From: Chrysomallon squamiferum
Taxonomy: Eukaryota > Animalia > Mollusca
Direction of reading: 5' to 3'
Assembly (NCBI GenBank): GCA_012295275.1
Contig: CM022670.1
Coordinates: 5,456,001 to 5,520,000 of the forward strand
Length of the DNA: 64,000 bases
In this document: in pieces, positions 12,528 to 26,840 of the stretch
How the letters are laid out: each line of letters begins with the position of its first letter
How positions within the stretch are numbered: position 1 is the first letter of the stretch
Made by a program: the position numbers and the translations under genes
Notes under the pieces: model-generated
The model's database searches: none
The model's input: the letters and a program-made list of their open reading frames with translations, nothing else
Told to the model about the DNA's origin: nothing

Positions 12528-15500
12528 TATTACACCTATCCATCTTATATGCATATATATAAATATATATAATATGGTAATTTACATAAAAAGACCCTAG
12601 GGGTATCAGGAATCCTTTTACAATAAAAAAAACTCACTTCACAGGAATATTAAAATAGGAACACAATGACTAAGACATATTTTACACTCACAAACACACT
12701 ACCTGTAATCAATACCATGGTGTCCAATTACATTGCGTGTTAAATGTTCATGTTTCCTAAAATATCCATGGCTGAATAATAAAAAAAGAAAATAAAAAGA
12801 GAAAAAGATATTTCTTCCTGTTTATCAACTTGTTAAAAAAAACATGAAATATATACTAAATACCAAATAAATTTGTAAAAATTAAAACTTAAATATCAGT
12901 AATGATCAATGTAAAATACCAACAAATTGGAATAAAACACTGACTCAAACAGAACAAGGATAAATCTCAGTTCTGCTGAAAGATTCTTGCCTATTAATCA
13001 ATCAACTCCACGAAAACTATGATGATATTGTCTAGTGTAAGGAAAAATCATATAAATGTTTAACATAAGAAGCTATTTAAATAAAGCATGGCTGTTCAAA
13101 ACCAAAACCAGAAGCTTTAAATGGACACAAACATATTAAACACAACCAGCCAAATAATGAAATAAAAATAGGATATGAAACAGGGGTACTGTAGATAACT
13201 TTAGAATTATGTAAAAACAGCATACATAATAAGTAGTCATCTTGTGTAATAATTAAAACTACAATTTTTGAAATATGAACATTTCTGAAAAATTACATAC
13301 ATGTAAATATAAATTCTCTTTCTCTCTCTTTCTCACAAACACAAACACATCTATGAACACAAAGGAGATATAACTTCCTAATAATAGAGAAAAAAATGAA
13401 TACAGTTAATGTCCTTTGAAACACATAACTTTTAGCTACATATAGTCAGTAATAGCGTATCAAGATGATCCTGTGGCATCATCAAACAAGCAGCATCATT
13501 ACTCAGAACAGCAGGGCAGCAATGGGATAATAGTAGTTACAGCATGGTGTAGAAGTATCAGTAACAGAAGTGTTAGTAGTAATAGTTGTAGTAGTAGTAG
13601 TAAAAAGAACATAAAAATCTCAAGCAACGATTGTATTAATTACATTCAGCAACTAATTTAACAGAAATCTGACACATGGAAACATGCACATAATCTGAAA
13701 CTCATGAAAGGCCTAAATGTACTTTTAATAAACATTCCTCCCTTCCTGCATAAAAAAAAAGATTAAAAGAAATATTAATAATAATAAAAAATAAAATAAT
13801 AATAATAATAAAAAAATTAAAAATTAAAAAAAGAAATTAAATAAGGGTGGAGTTGACAATGTATAAAGACTTGCTGTTTGTTATGAAATCTTTCAACCTA
13901 ACAAATGTGAACTAATCCAATGGCTGTACATCCTTTACTATTTATTCTTGTCTTCTGTTTTATTTGTTTTATTTTTTATTATTAAAAAAAAGTAACAAAG
14001 TAATATTGCACATGAATGAGAAATAAAAGGAAAATAAATAAGAAAATAAAAAGAAAAAGAAAAAGAATAAATATTTATAATTTCTCTATCATTTTCTTAC
14101 AGAAATTTAATCTTGACTTAATATCTATTGTTTTCCAACAAAATATCATTGCCATTATTAATTAAGATAATCACTTTTTATCCATTTTATAAATATTTAC
14201 AACTTATATAATAAAAGAAAAAGCAATTAATTTTAAAGTAAATTATGCTTATGGATAAATCGTTCTTGTTTTTCTTGAAGAAATATATATACATCAGCTA
14301 AAAACTAATAGTTTAAAGTTAAAATGTATTGTTTTTACTTACTATATGTATAATAATAATAAAAACAATAATAAATAATTAATAATTAAATAAATAACTA
14401 AAGAAATCTAATCTTATTTTTCCTGTTCCCTTTAAATTAAATTAAAAACCAAACAAAATTCTATCAAAAACATTTAAAAAAACCAACAATCAAATCTAAT
14501 TCCATCTTTTTAATAACCTGTATCATCAGCAAATGCTCTGAAAATCCTGTTTAACGATTACATTAAAAAGAAAAAGAAACAAATTTAAGAGAGATTTCTG
14601 CACTGGATAACCCTCAAACATTTGGCTTGCTGGGAGATCGGAAGTGAAGCACATTACAAAGAAAGTCACATGGCTATTTGCAAAAGGATGTGGAATTATT
14701 TAAATCAAAGAGCTGAGGTCAGTATGGACTAATGACCAGCTCGTATTTAAAACATGTTAACAGCAATGTGCTGTAATTCATTCTCCTAAAATACAGGTTC
14801 AACAGTTTGTGTTCATACAGGATAGCTGTTTAACAACACTGAATTTTTTTTTTTTATCAGTTTGTTAGCTTATCACAATATTCTTTTACTCAAACTGTCA
14901 TGTCATTCAGCTGAAATGTTAATATTGTTCAGATTGCAATTCTGAAGACTGGGATTTACTTCACTGACATCATTCATAAATTATTGTTTTATTTTATTTT
15001 TTATTTATTTTTATATTTTCAGTAATGTAATACAAGATAGTCAGTTATCTTTTTTAACAAGACACAACAAAAACTATTAAAATTGTAACATAATTCAAAT
15101 GTAATGTCAGTGAATATTATTTATTATTATTATTGAAATATAATTTGTGAGATTTGCCTTTCTTCAAAATATTTTATTATTTGTAAGGCATTTTTACTAA
15201 AAATGTGATTATATACTTTCGGGGATACTCTTTTACTCAAAGCATATCACAGATTAGTCACATATTGTTATTCAAATTGTAATATAATTCAGGAGATTTG
15301 CACTTATTCTGTATACAGTATCATTTACTGTGAAATTCTTTTATTCAATAACTATTTCTATTCAACAGATACACACTAAGTACAAAAATGTAACCATACA
15401 GAACAAACATTTATAAACACTGACACAACATACATACACATTATATTTGTATTATTATTATTATTATTGCTAACAATGGAAAATATTCTCTCAAATATAA

Positions 15501-18429
15501 TTATACTTTCTTGGTAACCAAAATAATCTGTTACACCTTCATATCTTTAATTCATATCATAGCAATAATAAAAGCCAATTTTTATTAAGATTAAATCATA
15601 AAAATGTGATGCTAAATATCAGTTAGGGTAATAAATATTTTAGGACGAGCTGATGAAGCCTGCATTTGACATATATAAAAAGAAAATGATGTATTGTAAA
15701 AAAAATGATAATAAAATATAACCGCACTTCTTTTATACATGTCAACAGTAACCTATTAACAGTAAAAATGGTAATCATGGAAAATGTCTCTAAGTTATAA
15801 CTTATATTAATAAAAATAATAATACTAAAAGAAATAATAAATGTACACATACCATACATACGTATTTTTCTCAAAAAAAAACACAACAAATAAACAAAAC
15901 AAATACACACACAAATAGACAGTTAAATTACACTAAGATATATTATGAAACCAGCTGATGATGAAAACATATAGACAGACATAAAATTAACAACAAAAGT
16001 GAACCAATAGATATTCCATTCCCACAGGATTAACTGATCTGTCAAATTACAAACAACAATTATAGTGCAAGTGTGATTTCATTCATAAGAAAAGCTACCA
16101 ATAATGCTATTGAGAAAACAAATGGATATCATTTTACAAGAACAATTGAGCAAAGCACGCTACTGTTATGAGTAAAACTACCAGCTTGAATGATAATGAT
16201 ATGGTAATAGAGAAACAAAGGTTTATTTATTTATTTTAAATAACAAGTGACATCACGGTAGTAAAACAGGATTAGGTAAGCATAAAGATTTTTTTTAGTA
16301 TTATTATAATTGTTTGGATTTTTTTTTTGGGGGGGGGGTATTTTTTAACCTCAACCATATTTGTGTTTGCTGGATAAATTCTACTTAAACATGATAAAAA
16401 TGTATCATTAAACATTAATTCAGGAACATTAAAATAACTAATAATTACATTGTCAATAAATAATTTGAAATAAAAAGGAAAAATAAAAAATTGTTCTTTT
16501 TCCAACAATTTACAGGGTGACAGAGTTACTGATGAATAAACAATTTGTTATCATCTCTGAATTTTGTTATCGTGTAATATGACTCTGGGTTTTTTCAATG
16601 CTTTGATAGAGCAGAAATAATGAACTTTTAGTGGTTTTGTAAGTTCACATAATTTGAGTACATGAGTTTCCTAGCTTCAGTGCAATAAACAATATACCAT
16701 TGGAAATGTTGCATTTTATGTGTTTTGATATTTAAACAAGAACAAGAACAAACAGTTAATTTGAAAAAACTGAAGACAGAAAAAACACCTTGAAGAAAAC
16801 AAAAAAGACAAGTTAATGTACTATAAATGTGTATCAAAACAAAAACAACAGGATATTGTTTTTCGGTCTTTCCTACTTGTTTTGGCTGTCTATGATTTTT
16901 TCAAAGTTGGAAATGAAACATAAAATCCAGTTACTCATCACAGAATATATTTTAATTTAAATTTTTTATGTGAATGCATCTTCTTTTTTTTCTCCTTTTA
17001 TATTCCACACACACACACACACACACAGACCTTTCATCTAACTTTTAGTTTTACGTCTTCAGTGAAAAACAGATACCGTATATAATTTTTTTGTTTTTCA
17101 AAAGCAAGTTTGATAAACAAGTGTAATAAAAAAAAAATTAAATAAAGAAAAAACCCAAAGAAATCAATAGAGAAGAAAGTACGTAGAGCACAACAGGGCA
17201 CCAGTTAAACTATGCAGTGACAAAAACAAGTTAGAGCAAGAAGCCAGTCAGTTATTGATCGAAGGAGTCTTACATTTAGATAATTCTTATTGTCATTCAT
17301 GATCAAGATTTATTTAACACAAGATTTAAAAAAATAACTTTAGAAACTGTTGAATAAATTCTTCTGATTTATTAAAATTTTGAAACATACTTTTATTGAT
17401 AATTAGTATTCATACAAGAAAAATTTACTTCTGATAATAACAGGAATAAATTTTTACATATTTTACAGATTAGGAAATATTACTAAAAGTAGCTATAATG
17501 ATATATTAATTTAATTCATTGTGAGAAATTGCAGCCTTCTACAAAGATTGCGGCATGTCCTTACCTGTAAAACCTCTCTTTTTATTTCTTCTTATAATAT
17601 AAATACCAAAACACACTGATACATAACAATACAAATATTGTTGAAATTTCATTAAACATTCATTCACACCTTCCCTTTTTAAATTTATTTATTTTGTTCT
17701 TCTCTTTTTTATATTTTTAATAAAAAGAAATAAAAAGTAAAATAATAATAAAAAAAGTATTATTTATTAATAATTTAGCATAATTTTGCAAGTATCTGTG
17801 ATTATGGAAAATCTCATTAACTGCATACTGTAATTTAATCTTTTTGTATGTTAATTGTTTTTATATTTTTTAAAGATTTATTTATTATTCATATTTTTGT
17901 CAACAGTAAAAAGAAATAATTATTGCAGACATGTTTAAAACAAATCTGTTTTTTTTTTTATCTCTATCAGTTAGCATTTCTCTGGGGTTTTTAAAAAGAA
18001 GAAGAAAAAGAAAAGGAACATACACAATACATCTGTATATGCTTGAAAGAAAGAAAAAGAAATGAAGAAAGTACAATGAACTCTGCACTATAAAAATTTA
18101 AGAGGTGAAAAAAAAAAAGAAGATAACTGAGACAATTCCTTAGTGGCAGAAATTGTGAGTTTCAAACTATAATGGTTTATTCCTGTCGCAGCCAGTGGCA
18201 ACATATGTCATCAAAAAAAAAAAAAAAATCAATAAGCTGGCCGAATTAACATCTTTGCCATAAAAGGTTACCTGGACTTATGGTTGTTTTCATCCGCACA
18301 AAACCTGGTGATGACTCAAACCATCTTTATGTCCAACTTGACATTAAATTCTTAAAAGAACGTGAATTTTAAGCATAAAAAATAACAACAGTAACAACAA
18401 AATAATAATAAAATAAATAAAAAGCAGAA

Positions 18430-18482
<53 letters not shown>

Positions 18483-21400
18483 TATACTTTTCAAAATAAA
18501 CATGTTCTTATTAGCTCTGTTTCATTTCAATATAAAAGAAAAAAAGGAGGGATGGAAGAAAAGAAAGCAAGAAAAAGAAAAGATGATTTTTTCTTTCAAA
18601 ATGTTATAATAAAATTAAATGTCAGCAATAAAAATAGAATCATTTTACTCTTCCTAAATGATCACTAAAAAGGTTTACAGAAAGAAAAAAATATTCTTCT
18701 AAAAATTAACTATGAATGAACTATGAATCACCAGTAACAGGATTTTAGCGCTAAGTATCTATCTTTTCAAATTTTTTAAACTTTTTTTTTTTTAAGAAAT
18801 CGTTTTTTTGATTATCATATAAAAACAGTCATAATTTTTTCTTTTTTTATTCTTTTTTTTTAAATAAACAAAACTACATTTCCTACAAAAATATTAACAA
18901 CAGAAATGTTTTTAAGAATGACCATTTTAATTTTATATTCTATGCAAGCATTCCATTGTAATTTTGCAGAAAACAAATCTAAGTTAATAAACTTTTGAAT
19001 AATTAAAAACACTTGTATGTACGCAAGTGTATCTCAATATTAAACTGTTTGAAGTATTAGTTATCTTACACTTAAAAGATAATTAAATGGCTGATGCAAG
19101 GGAAATAACTCTTGTTTCCTACAATCGTCAAATCCTGATAGTTACAAAACCATGAAGAGTTCTTTTGTTTAAATTCTTAAAATAAATTTTATTTGGCTGC
19201 AGTCAGTGCAGGTTTCCTCTCATAGTATTATATAAAAATAACCAAAAGACAATGTACATTAAAATAGACATTGTTAAATATTCAAGTAATATCTTGTTAT
19301 TTTCAGTCTTGAATACTTCTATTCAAAATACAGTTTAACATTTACTTATTAGAAAAATGACAACACCACAGTGACATGAAATTAACTATATTGCTAAAGT
19401 TGGCCTATTTTTTCCCTTTCTAAACAGTGACATGGTACAAGCATATCAATTGTCATGGTATGTACTTTGCTGTGGAAAGGTTTTTCTTGTTCTCACTATT
19501 TCAACAATAGTCAGTGTGATAATGTTTTCTTTCAAATACTTGTTAAAAAAGGCACAGATGTTTCATTATTAATAGGAAAATGTGTCAAGGTTTTGCTAAA
19601 CAAATCTTCATTTATCTATTTTTATTCTGAAGAAATTGTGTGTGTGTATGTAATTTTTGTTTGTATGCACATTTTATCAGTTTGAAAAAAAAAAGTGAGT
19701 ATGAATTCTTGAGTCCCAGGCTATTTCAAATAACATTATATGATGAACAAATTAACAAATTAAGTGTATTAGAAGACTCCAAATAATTTTCAAGATTTTT
19801 TTTTTTATGAATTTTACTTATTTATTATTATTATTTTTTTGTTTAATTTATTATATATTTTTTTTTTTTTGTGTAAATTATTATTATTTGCAATTTGATC
19901 ATATATACGCATCTTCTGAAAGGCTGGAAAACTTAAATTTGGAGAGACAAAATGTTATTTTTAACTTATTAAACATTACGTAATATCACTAAATATTTCA
20001 AACAATAATCACAACTTTCAGCTAGTTCCAATTATTTCTAAAACAGTAAGAAATAACAAATCTTTTTCTGTATATATGTATGTGTATATATGTATGTATG
20101 TATGTTTATATGTATGTATGTATGTATATATACATATATATATGAAAAACAAATTTTATGTTCTTCATAACTATGTACCATTTTTCCTTTGCAGATCCCT
20201 GGCTGCAAACTGGTAATAACTCATGGTGTGACTACACAGGATTTCCTCTTTTATTTCATCATTTCACAGAAAGAAATAGCTAATGTTGAAGTCAAATGCA
20301 TATTTAAACAAATGAGTGCATTTAATCTATGTTTCATTAATGATTCCCACACTGTAAACTGAAAAAAACAGCCTTACTGGTAATGCATATGAAAACTAAG
20401 GCAATTCATGCAGCAACAATTAAAAAATAAACTGACATTTATAACAGATTCAAAACCAAGTACTGTTAACTTAGAGTTATGTTTTAATGTTTAAATGTCA
20501 AGCACGATTTTACTTCCTTCTAATTATATGAGATAAACATGCATAGCACTTATCCTTCATTTTTTCATCATTTCAGCTTACTAAATCATTAATATTCAGT
20601 TAAATATGACACATATTTTAGTGAATGTTACAACAATAATTTATTTAGCATTATAAGACAACAAACTGTTCCACATAGCACAAGCAGGTGACACCATGTT
20701 TACAAATGTAAGAATTACACTCTAAGATCAAATCCCATTACTGAATCCTTCAAATGTACCATAGGGCTAATTTTAATTCCGCACCTTTTACCTTCCTCAA
20801 ATCCTTTAACATATTAACATTTACACAACCATGGGCTATGCCTTTGGACTCCATGACATGCATTTCAAACATTAAGTCAATGTAAGTGTTATGATTTCAA
20901 ACTGCTAATTAATTAAAAAACATTAAAACATATTTTTATGGATTCAAGTTAGCTTGTATAAAGATAAATTTACAAAACCTATTTGTTAATTGTAAATAAA
21001 ATCTGCAAAAAATGTTAATGTCAGTGTTAAGAACTCATAATTATTTTGTTTCTTTTCTTTCTTTTTTTTTTGTTTTGTTTTTTAAAATTATCTTCAAAAC
21101 AAGCAACAATATATTGTAATGATTTTATGTTTTTAAATGGTTCTGTGAACATATAACTTTAGTCTTTTATACAACATGTATCTGCCAATTGTCATGAATA
21201 TTTATCAGCATTTCTAATTTCACTGATGCATTTAACATTTAAACCTTTTAATAAAGAAAAAAAGTTTTTATTGTGCTCTTTATTTGTATTACCTTTTCAT
21301 TATTTTACTATTATTTTTAAAAATATTTTATACTACTTTTAATGATATATTAATGTAAGCATTATATATATAATTCATCAGCTACTTTTTAAAAATTATT

Positions 21401-21605
21401 ATTATTTACTTTTTTCTCAAGATGATATTAATAAAAAAAAAAGTTCAGTAATGGTTGGTAACACTGGTTATGTATTTTACAAATAGTAATGAGAGAGAGA
21501 AAGGGAGAGAATTTAATTTACAAATGTACAGTTTGTTTCATTTTCATTAGATCCATTTTGTTATACACATGTAAATACAAAATGCAAATTATTTTTAAAC
21601 AAATA

Positions 21606-22172
21606 CAATGGTACCTTGACATACAAGTTTTATTCATTCTGTGACCGAGCTCATAACTCAATTTGCTCATATATCAAATCAAAATGAAATTAACTGAAAT
21701 ACCATCAGTCCATTCCAGCTCCCCAAAAACCACCCCAATTTTTGTATCATGTTTTTAAATATGAAAACTGGATGCATAAATGACAAATATTGTATAAAAA
21801 AACAAATAAAAGAGACTGTAAGGAAATAAATAGATTTTGTAATGTGTACAGGGTTAGGGTTTCTCCATCTTTTCATGGAGAAAGGCCTGCAGCTTAGAAA
21901 TTATTTTAATGCCTTTGACTGGAGTTACAGCCTTTATCGACTCCATCTGCTTCAGTATGGTACATATCGTAGAAGTACTACGTTCGTACTGCCTATCCAT
22001 GTTGACTAGATGCGCTCCTCACTCATGGCTTTCTATGATTTCATGCTTTAATTCAATGGACATCATCTGCTTCTTCTTCTCAGCACTGTATTTTGCACTC
22101 ACTTTCTTAGGATCCATGTAAATTTGGCAAAATACTAATAAGTTGAAACACTCATAACTCGTGGTACCACTG
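21606..22172 (-). mobile_element. Internally deleted Tigger/pogo (Tc1/mariner) DNA transposon in an ELF intron
   Basis: TA at 21604-21605 and 22173-22174; inverted termini CAATGGTACC... / ...GGTACCACTG; Tigger-like subterminal repeats; transposase remnant inside. Confidence 0.9.
21854..22117 (-). pseudogene. Tigger transposase N-terminal (CENP-B/Psq HTH) remnant
   Basis: MDPKKVSAKYSAEKKKQMMSIELKHEIIESHE*GAHLVNMDRQYERSTSTICTILKQMESIKAVTPVKGIKIISKLQAFLHEKMEKP*; closely resembles TIGD1-like transposase N-termini; in-frame TGA at 22019-22021 (probable CGA>TGA); truncated. Confidence 0.9.
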
Positions 22173-22585
22173 TATTAATATTCTGATATGTAATAAAATA
22201 AAGATTCAATAAAATAAAATAAACTTAACATTTCTTGAAAAATGTTTAGTTTTTGTACAATTAATATTACAGTACAAAACTACCACATGTTTTAGGGATT
22301 TCATTTCCAATATACAACCAAAACCAAAAGTTCTACTTATCAATTTCAATCAACTGCAAAACATATTATCAAGACATATGTATATTAAGTATTTTTAAAA
22401 CATTCAGAAGAACAGCAATAACAAAACAATATATATATATATATATATTAAACAAATAATAATGAATGAAATATTAAGATTTCTATGGCACATGTACAAA
22501 ACAGTATAAAATATTTCATTCTTGACAAACTAGTTTGCATGTCAGTTTATATTATTTATCTAAATTATTTAGACTATACAAACTA

Positions 22586-22618
<33 letters not shown>

Positions 22619-23159
22619 CATTTGTGTTTAAAAAATACAAGTAAGATATTAGTCTGTATTATAAATTTAATTTAAAAAAATAATAAATTAATTTAGATTA
22701 AATGATTAACTATTGCATTTATTTTATGTTTAAGAAACTGCATATTATGACATATATCTCACAAGCATTTTAATAAAGTTTCATAAGCTTTTCCTTAAAA
22801 AGTACTAGTCTTTTGTAACAACAATCATTTCCACAGACTAAAAATGTTATTCCAAAATTAGTTACTGATTAATGAAATGATAATGATCAAATGTGGAATG
22901 CAAAGTACATATTTCATCAAATAATATAAGAAATGGTTTGTGTATTATATATGTCCATTATTCTACTTTTCTAGCTTTGCCCATCATTCATTGTTCTGCA
23001 CAAAGAACGTAGAGAGGGCATGATAACAAAAGGAACATATCTATAAAATATGTTTCAGTAAAAGAAAAAAGAACAATGAATGTCATCGGCCATAGTAGGT
23101 TTTGCTCCTACGAATGTAATAAATGATTTTAGTGAACTTGAATTTATCAAGAAAAAGAA

Positions 23160-23960
23160 TTTCACACGTTGACTTCCGCAAGACGCAATGGTTCGTGTTG
23201 CCATGAAGACAGGTCATATTATAGCTGTTCTGTCTTAAAATAGGACTTAAATACATTTATTATGTACAACAGAATCCCAAATCTTGTGAGACAACTAACT
23301 TAGATTGTTTATATTCGCATTATATATAAAAAGAAACAAAGAACCAATACAAGGAAGCGATCTAGCAATTTTAATCGACCACTTCCTGGTTTGAAAATTC
23401 TGTTCGCCAGCGAACACAAGTAGGTTAATTAACGTTGATAGTGAGTTTAACATAAACGGCAATTTAAATCAAACCATATTTCTATACATTTTCGACTAAA
23501 TAATATTTTTACCTGCTTTAAGAAGAAGATCAAGGTTATTTGTTTGCCCCGTTGAAGGAGATTTCGCAGCCATTTTTGCTACCGCTGAAAGTAGATCCTT
23601 TCGCTGACAGGCGCGACAAAACCGGAAATGAAATTGACAGGTAATATAGTTCAAGTTGTTTTATTTAATAAATAAAGATCCCAGATAAAACATTATAAAA
23701 CAATAGATACTAAACATTTGCACCTGTCAAAGCATCAAAAATAAAAAATTATGATCTGCTAAATGTCTTTCTAAATTTTAAATTTGGAAACTGCTTCTGG
23801 AGAAACTATTCCTGAAACTGCGGAGGCATACGAAAATGTGATCAGTTCACGTCGAGGAAAACAGCGAAGCACGTGGTGCTAATTCGTTGTCAATGTAAAT
23901 TGTGCGGTACTTGAAAAGAGAACAGCATTTCAATTAGCGCCATTTATTCGCTAAAACAAA
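23160..23960 (-). promoter_or_regulatory. CpG-rich promoter of the ELF2B-like isoform
   Basis: High CpG density; AACCGGAAAT at 23620-23629; AACCAGGAAGT (minus) at 23381-23391; YY1-like AAAATGGC over the start codon; E-box CACGTG near 23870. Confidence 0.7.
23513..23573 (-). CDS. ELF2: E74/ELF alternative first coding exon, ELF2B/NERF-1-like N-terminus
   Basis: AAAAATGGC start, MAAKSPSTGQTNNLDLLLKA + G|GTAAAA donor (phase 1), joining exon 871-1011 to give LDLLLKAVDAC. Resembles the recalled human ELF2 short-isoform start MATSLHEGPTNQLDLLIRAVEAS. Confidence 0.85.
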
Positions 23961-24263
23961 TTGTTAGGCACGATCAAAAATAAACTTGCCTTTTTGAATA
24001 TATGATTTACAACAAACGCAATTTATGTCCAATTAAAAAGGATTATTGTATTAAATATGATCAACATCTTACGTACAGTAACATGTTGATTCATATTTTA
24101 ATTTTGAATACAGTATATTGGAGTATTTTAGTTCATAAATTTTTAATAGTAATACCATATAGTTTTAGCACCAAATAATAATGATTTTAAAATATGTTAA
24201 TACATCCATAGCACTTTCAAATGAATTGTTTTGATTTTTTTTTTTTTTAAATGAGGTCACGAC

Positions 24264-24294
<31 letters not shown>

Positions 24295-26840
24295 CATAAA
24301 ATTATAATTAAAAAGTTGAAATTTTGGTGGGTTTTTTTTTTCAAATTTATTTATCACTATTTTCCGCAGGTTTTCTTCTCCTTCTTGAATGGGGAAATCT
24401 AGAGATGGAGAATTGTGGATCCTAAGTGAATTGTTTAATATGCACCCTGTACTAATGTCAGATAGGCTAATGTAGAAATTCCATTATTCTCAAGGTTTTA
24501 ATTTGAAGATTAAAAGAAAAATTATAAACTACACAGTTTTATCTGTTGCTTCATATTTTCATTCATGCAAGTAGGCAGTTTAGTTCTGTTATAATAATTA
24601 TGAAAATTATACAAATGGGTAAAGGGGTGTGTGTATTTAGTCGTGTAATTCTAAACTAATGAAAGTGAGGATTTTGTATACATGTGTGTTTATATGCAAA
24701 TACACACATACATCATAAACAATGGTTATGAAAGAGCAAAACCCCTTGGGCCACTTCATTAGTTACATTTTATTGATAAAAATAAAAGCGAAACAATTCT
24801 TTATGTACATCTTCCCATGAATTTTTTTTTAACATACACCATGTTATTTGATAAACACTGGTTGGAATGGGGAATAGAAAAAAGAGCCTTTAAAAAGGAT
24901 TAGCACTATAACTAGTGAGCTAGAGTTGATTCACTCTGTCATAATAGTTTGATAACCTACATATGTCTGTATGTACACACACACACACACACAGATACCT
25001 ATATTGACACAGACATCACAGCACATCCCATGTATATGTGACTGTGTGTGTACATATATTTAAACAGACATGACAGCACATGTCATAACTATTGATATAC
25101 CAAATGTTGAGCTGTGACTAGAATGGGAATTACCTCAAGGGTAAAATATAGTACTTGCTAATGTATGCTTGATGTAAAAATATTTCCATCAGTACTGGAT
25201 TAATTGTTATGACAAAAACAGTCTCATGCCAAGCACCAAGATAGGTGCTGTCGTGTCTTGAAAAGTGAATAAAAGATATTTTGTTGCAACTTTTGTCTAA
25301 CACCCTAAAAATAAAATATTTGTCATCTTAAAAAAGAATACTTTTTCTGATATGAAGAAATATTCTGAAATATATTCAGCATACATTCAAATTATCTTTT
25401 TATTTATATGTTTTTGTCATTTTGCTAATTTTATTTATTATTATTATTTTATAGTTTTATTGTTGTTGTTGTTACCTGATTGTAATAATGAAGTTTAACA
25501 ACAAAAGAATAAAGTTTAAAAATAATTGTGAAATGTCATTTTTCTGGAGCTGTTTCTTCAGTTGTATGTAAAAAAAATTCAATCAACCCAACGTCTTCAT
25601 GACAATAAGGAAAGGAAAAAATATGGCATTCAAATGTTTTTAACAGCATTATTTTGTGGTCATACATTATTATTAAAAAAATAATAATAACTTGGAAGTA
25701 TGAAATATTTTTGTTGATAATTTATACTGCTGGTACACTTTGGAGATGCAGTTAAACAACTGTCACAAAATTTATCAAGGTGGTGTATTTATTTTTTTAA
25801 ATTAACCTGGTAAATGTTTGGTTTTTTTTTTTTTTTTTTTTATTGACCAGTAGATGAAACTGGATACACTGACCACTAAGTGACCAGAGATTTGGCAGAT
25901 ACAAACAATAAAGCTGGTAGTAGTATGTTCATGCCACAACATAAGATATCTTTGTCAATATAAGCCAATTGTAACAACAATGAAATCGTAGTCATGCATC
26001 ACCAGCTGGCTTTTTGTCTGTGGTAGCCATGGCAACCAGCTGAATACTTTATACAAACATGGAATAATAAGTGTTAGGTACATGAGATAACTCAGTTTAT
26101 ACACGGTTAAATTAATAATATATATATATATATAACTTGTTATTATTATTACTACTATTTTTTACTTTTTTAATAATAATAACTGCAAAAGTGTTATTAC
26201 ATAAAGTAAATTCTCAAAATAATTTACGATATATAAAAACATGAACATGCACAGACACTAATGCATGAATATATTGTGTACTTTCAAATGCACATACATA
26301 AATAAACACAAACACAAATATAATAATGCATATGCATACACACACACACATATATATATCTGTGTAAGTATGTATTGCATATATATGTGTCAAATGATAA
26401 AATTACTGAGAAAGTAAAAACACATTTCACTGTATACTACTTCCATGCCCCACTGTCTAGATAAATCAGTTAACATTGTAGAGATGTATTGATTACTTAA
26501 TTTAGATCTGCTGAAATTTAGCAAGCACCATTTTTCTATCACCTGATTTCATGTATAACCTCCAGTCTTATTTACACGTAAATTTAACTCTTCAGTGAAT
26601 GCATATTTAAAGAATAAACCCAAACAAACTTTTTATCAAAAAAAATTATTGCATGTATGTGATAGGTTGTTAGACTCACTGATGTCCCCATTTGGCAGTT
26701 ACCTGCTCCAAAAGGCCATGGTCTGCCAGTATGACTAGTATGAGTATAAGAAAATATTTATCGGTTGCTTCTAACTGATTAGTAGCCAACAAAATGGCTG
26801 CAAGGATTTTGTCTTGTAATCATTGTTATAAATGTAAGAC

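Noticed and set aside
17555-17575. Minus-strand ttttacag|gtaagg, possible recursive splice site in the ELF intron
   Set aside because: The upstream sequence is purine-rich with only a very short pyrimidine tract; cannot be supported from sequence alone.
21909-22121. Plus-strand 70-aa ORF
   Set aside because: Antisense shadow of the Tigger transposase remnant.
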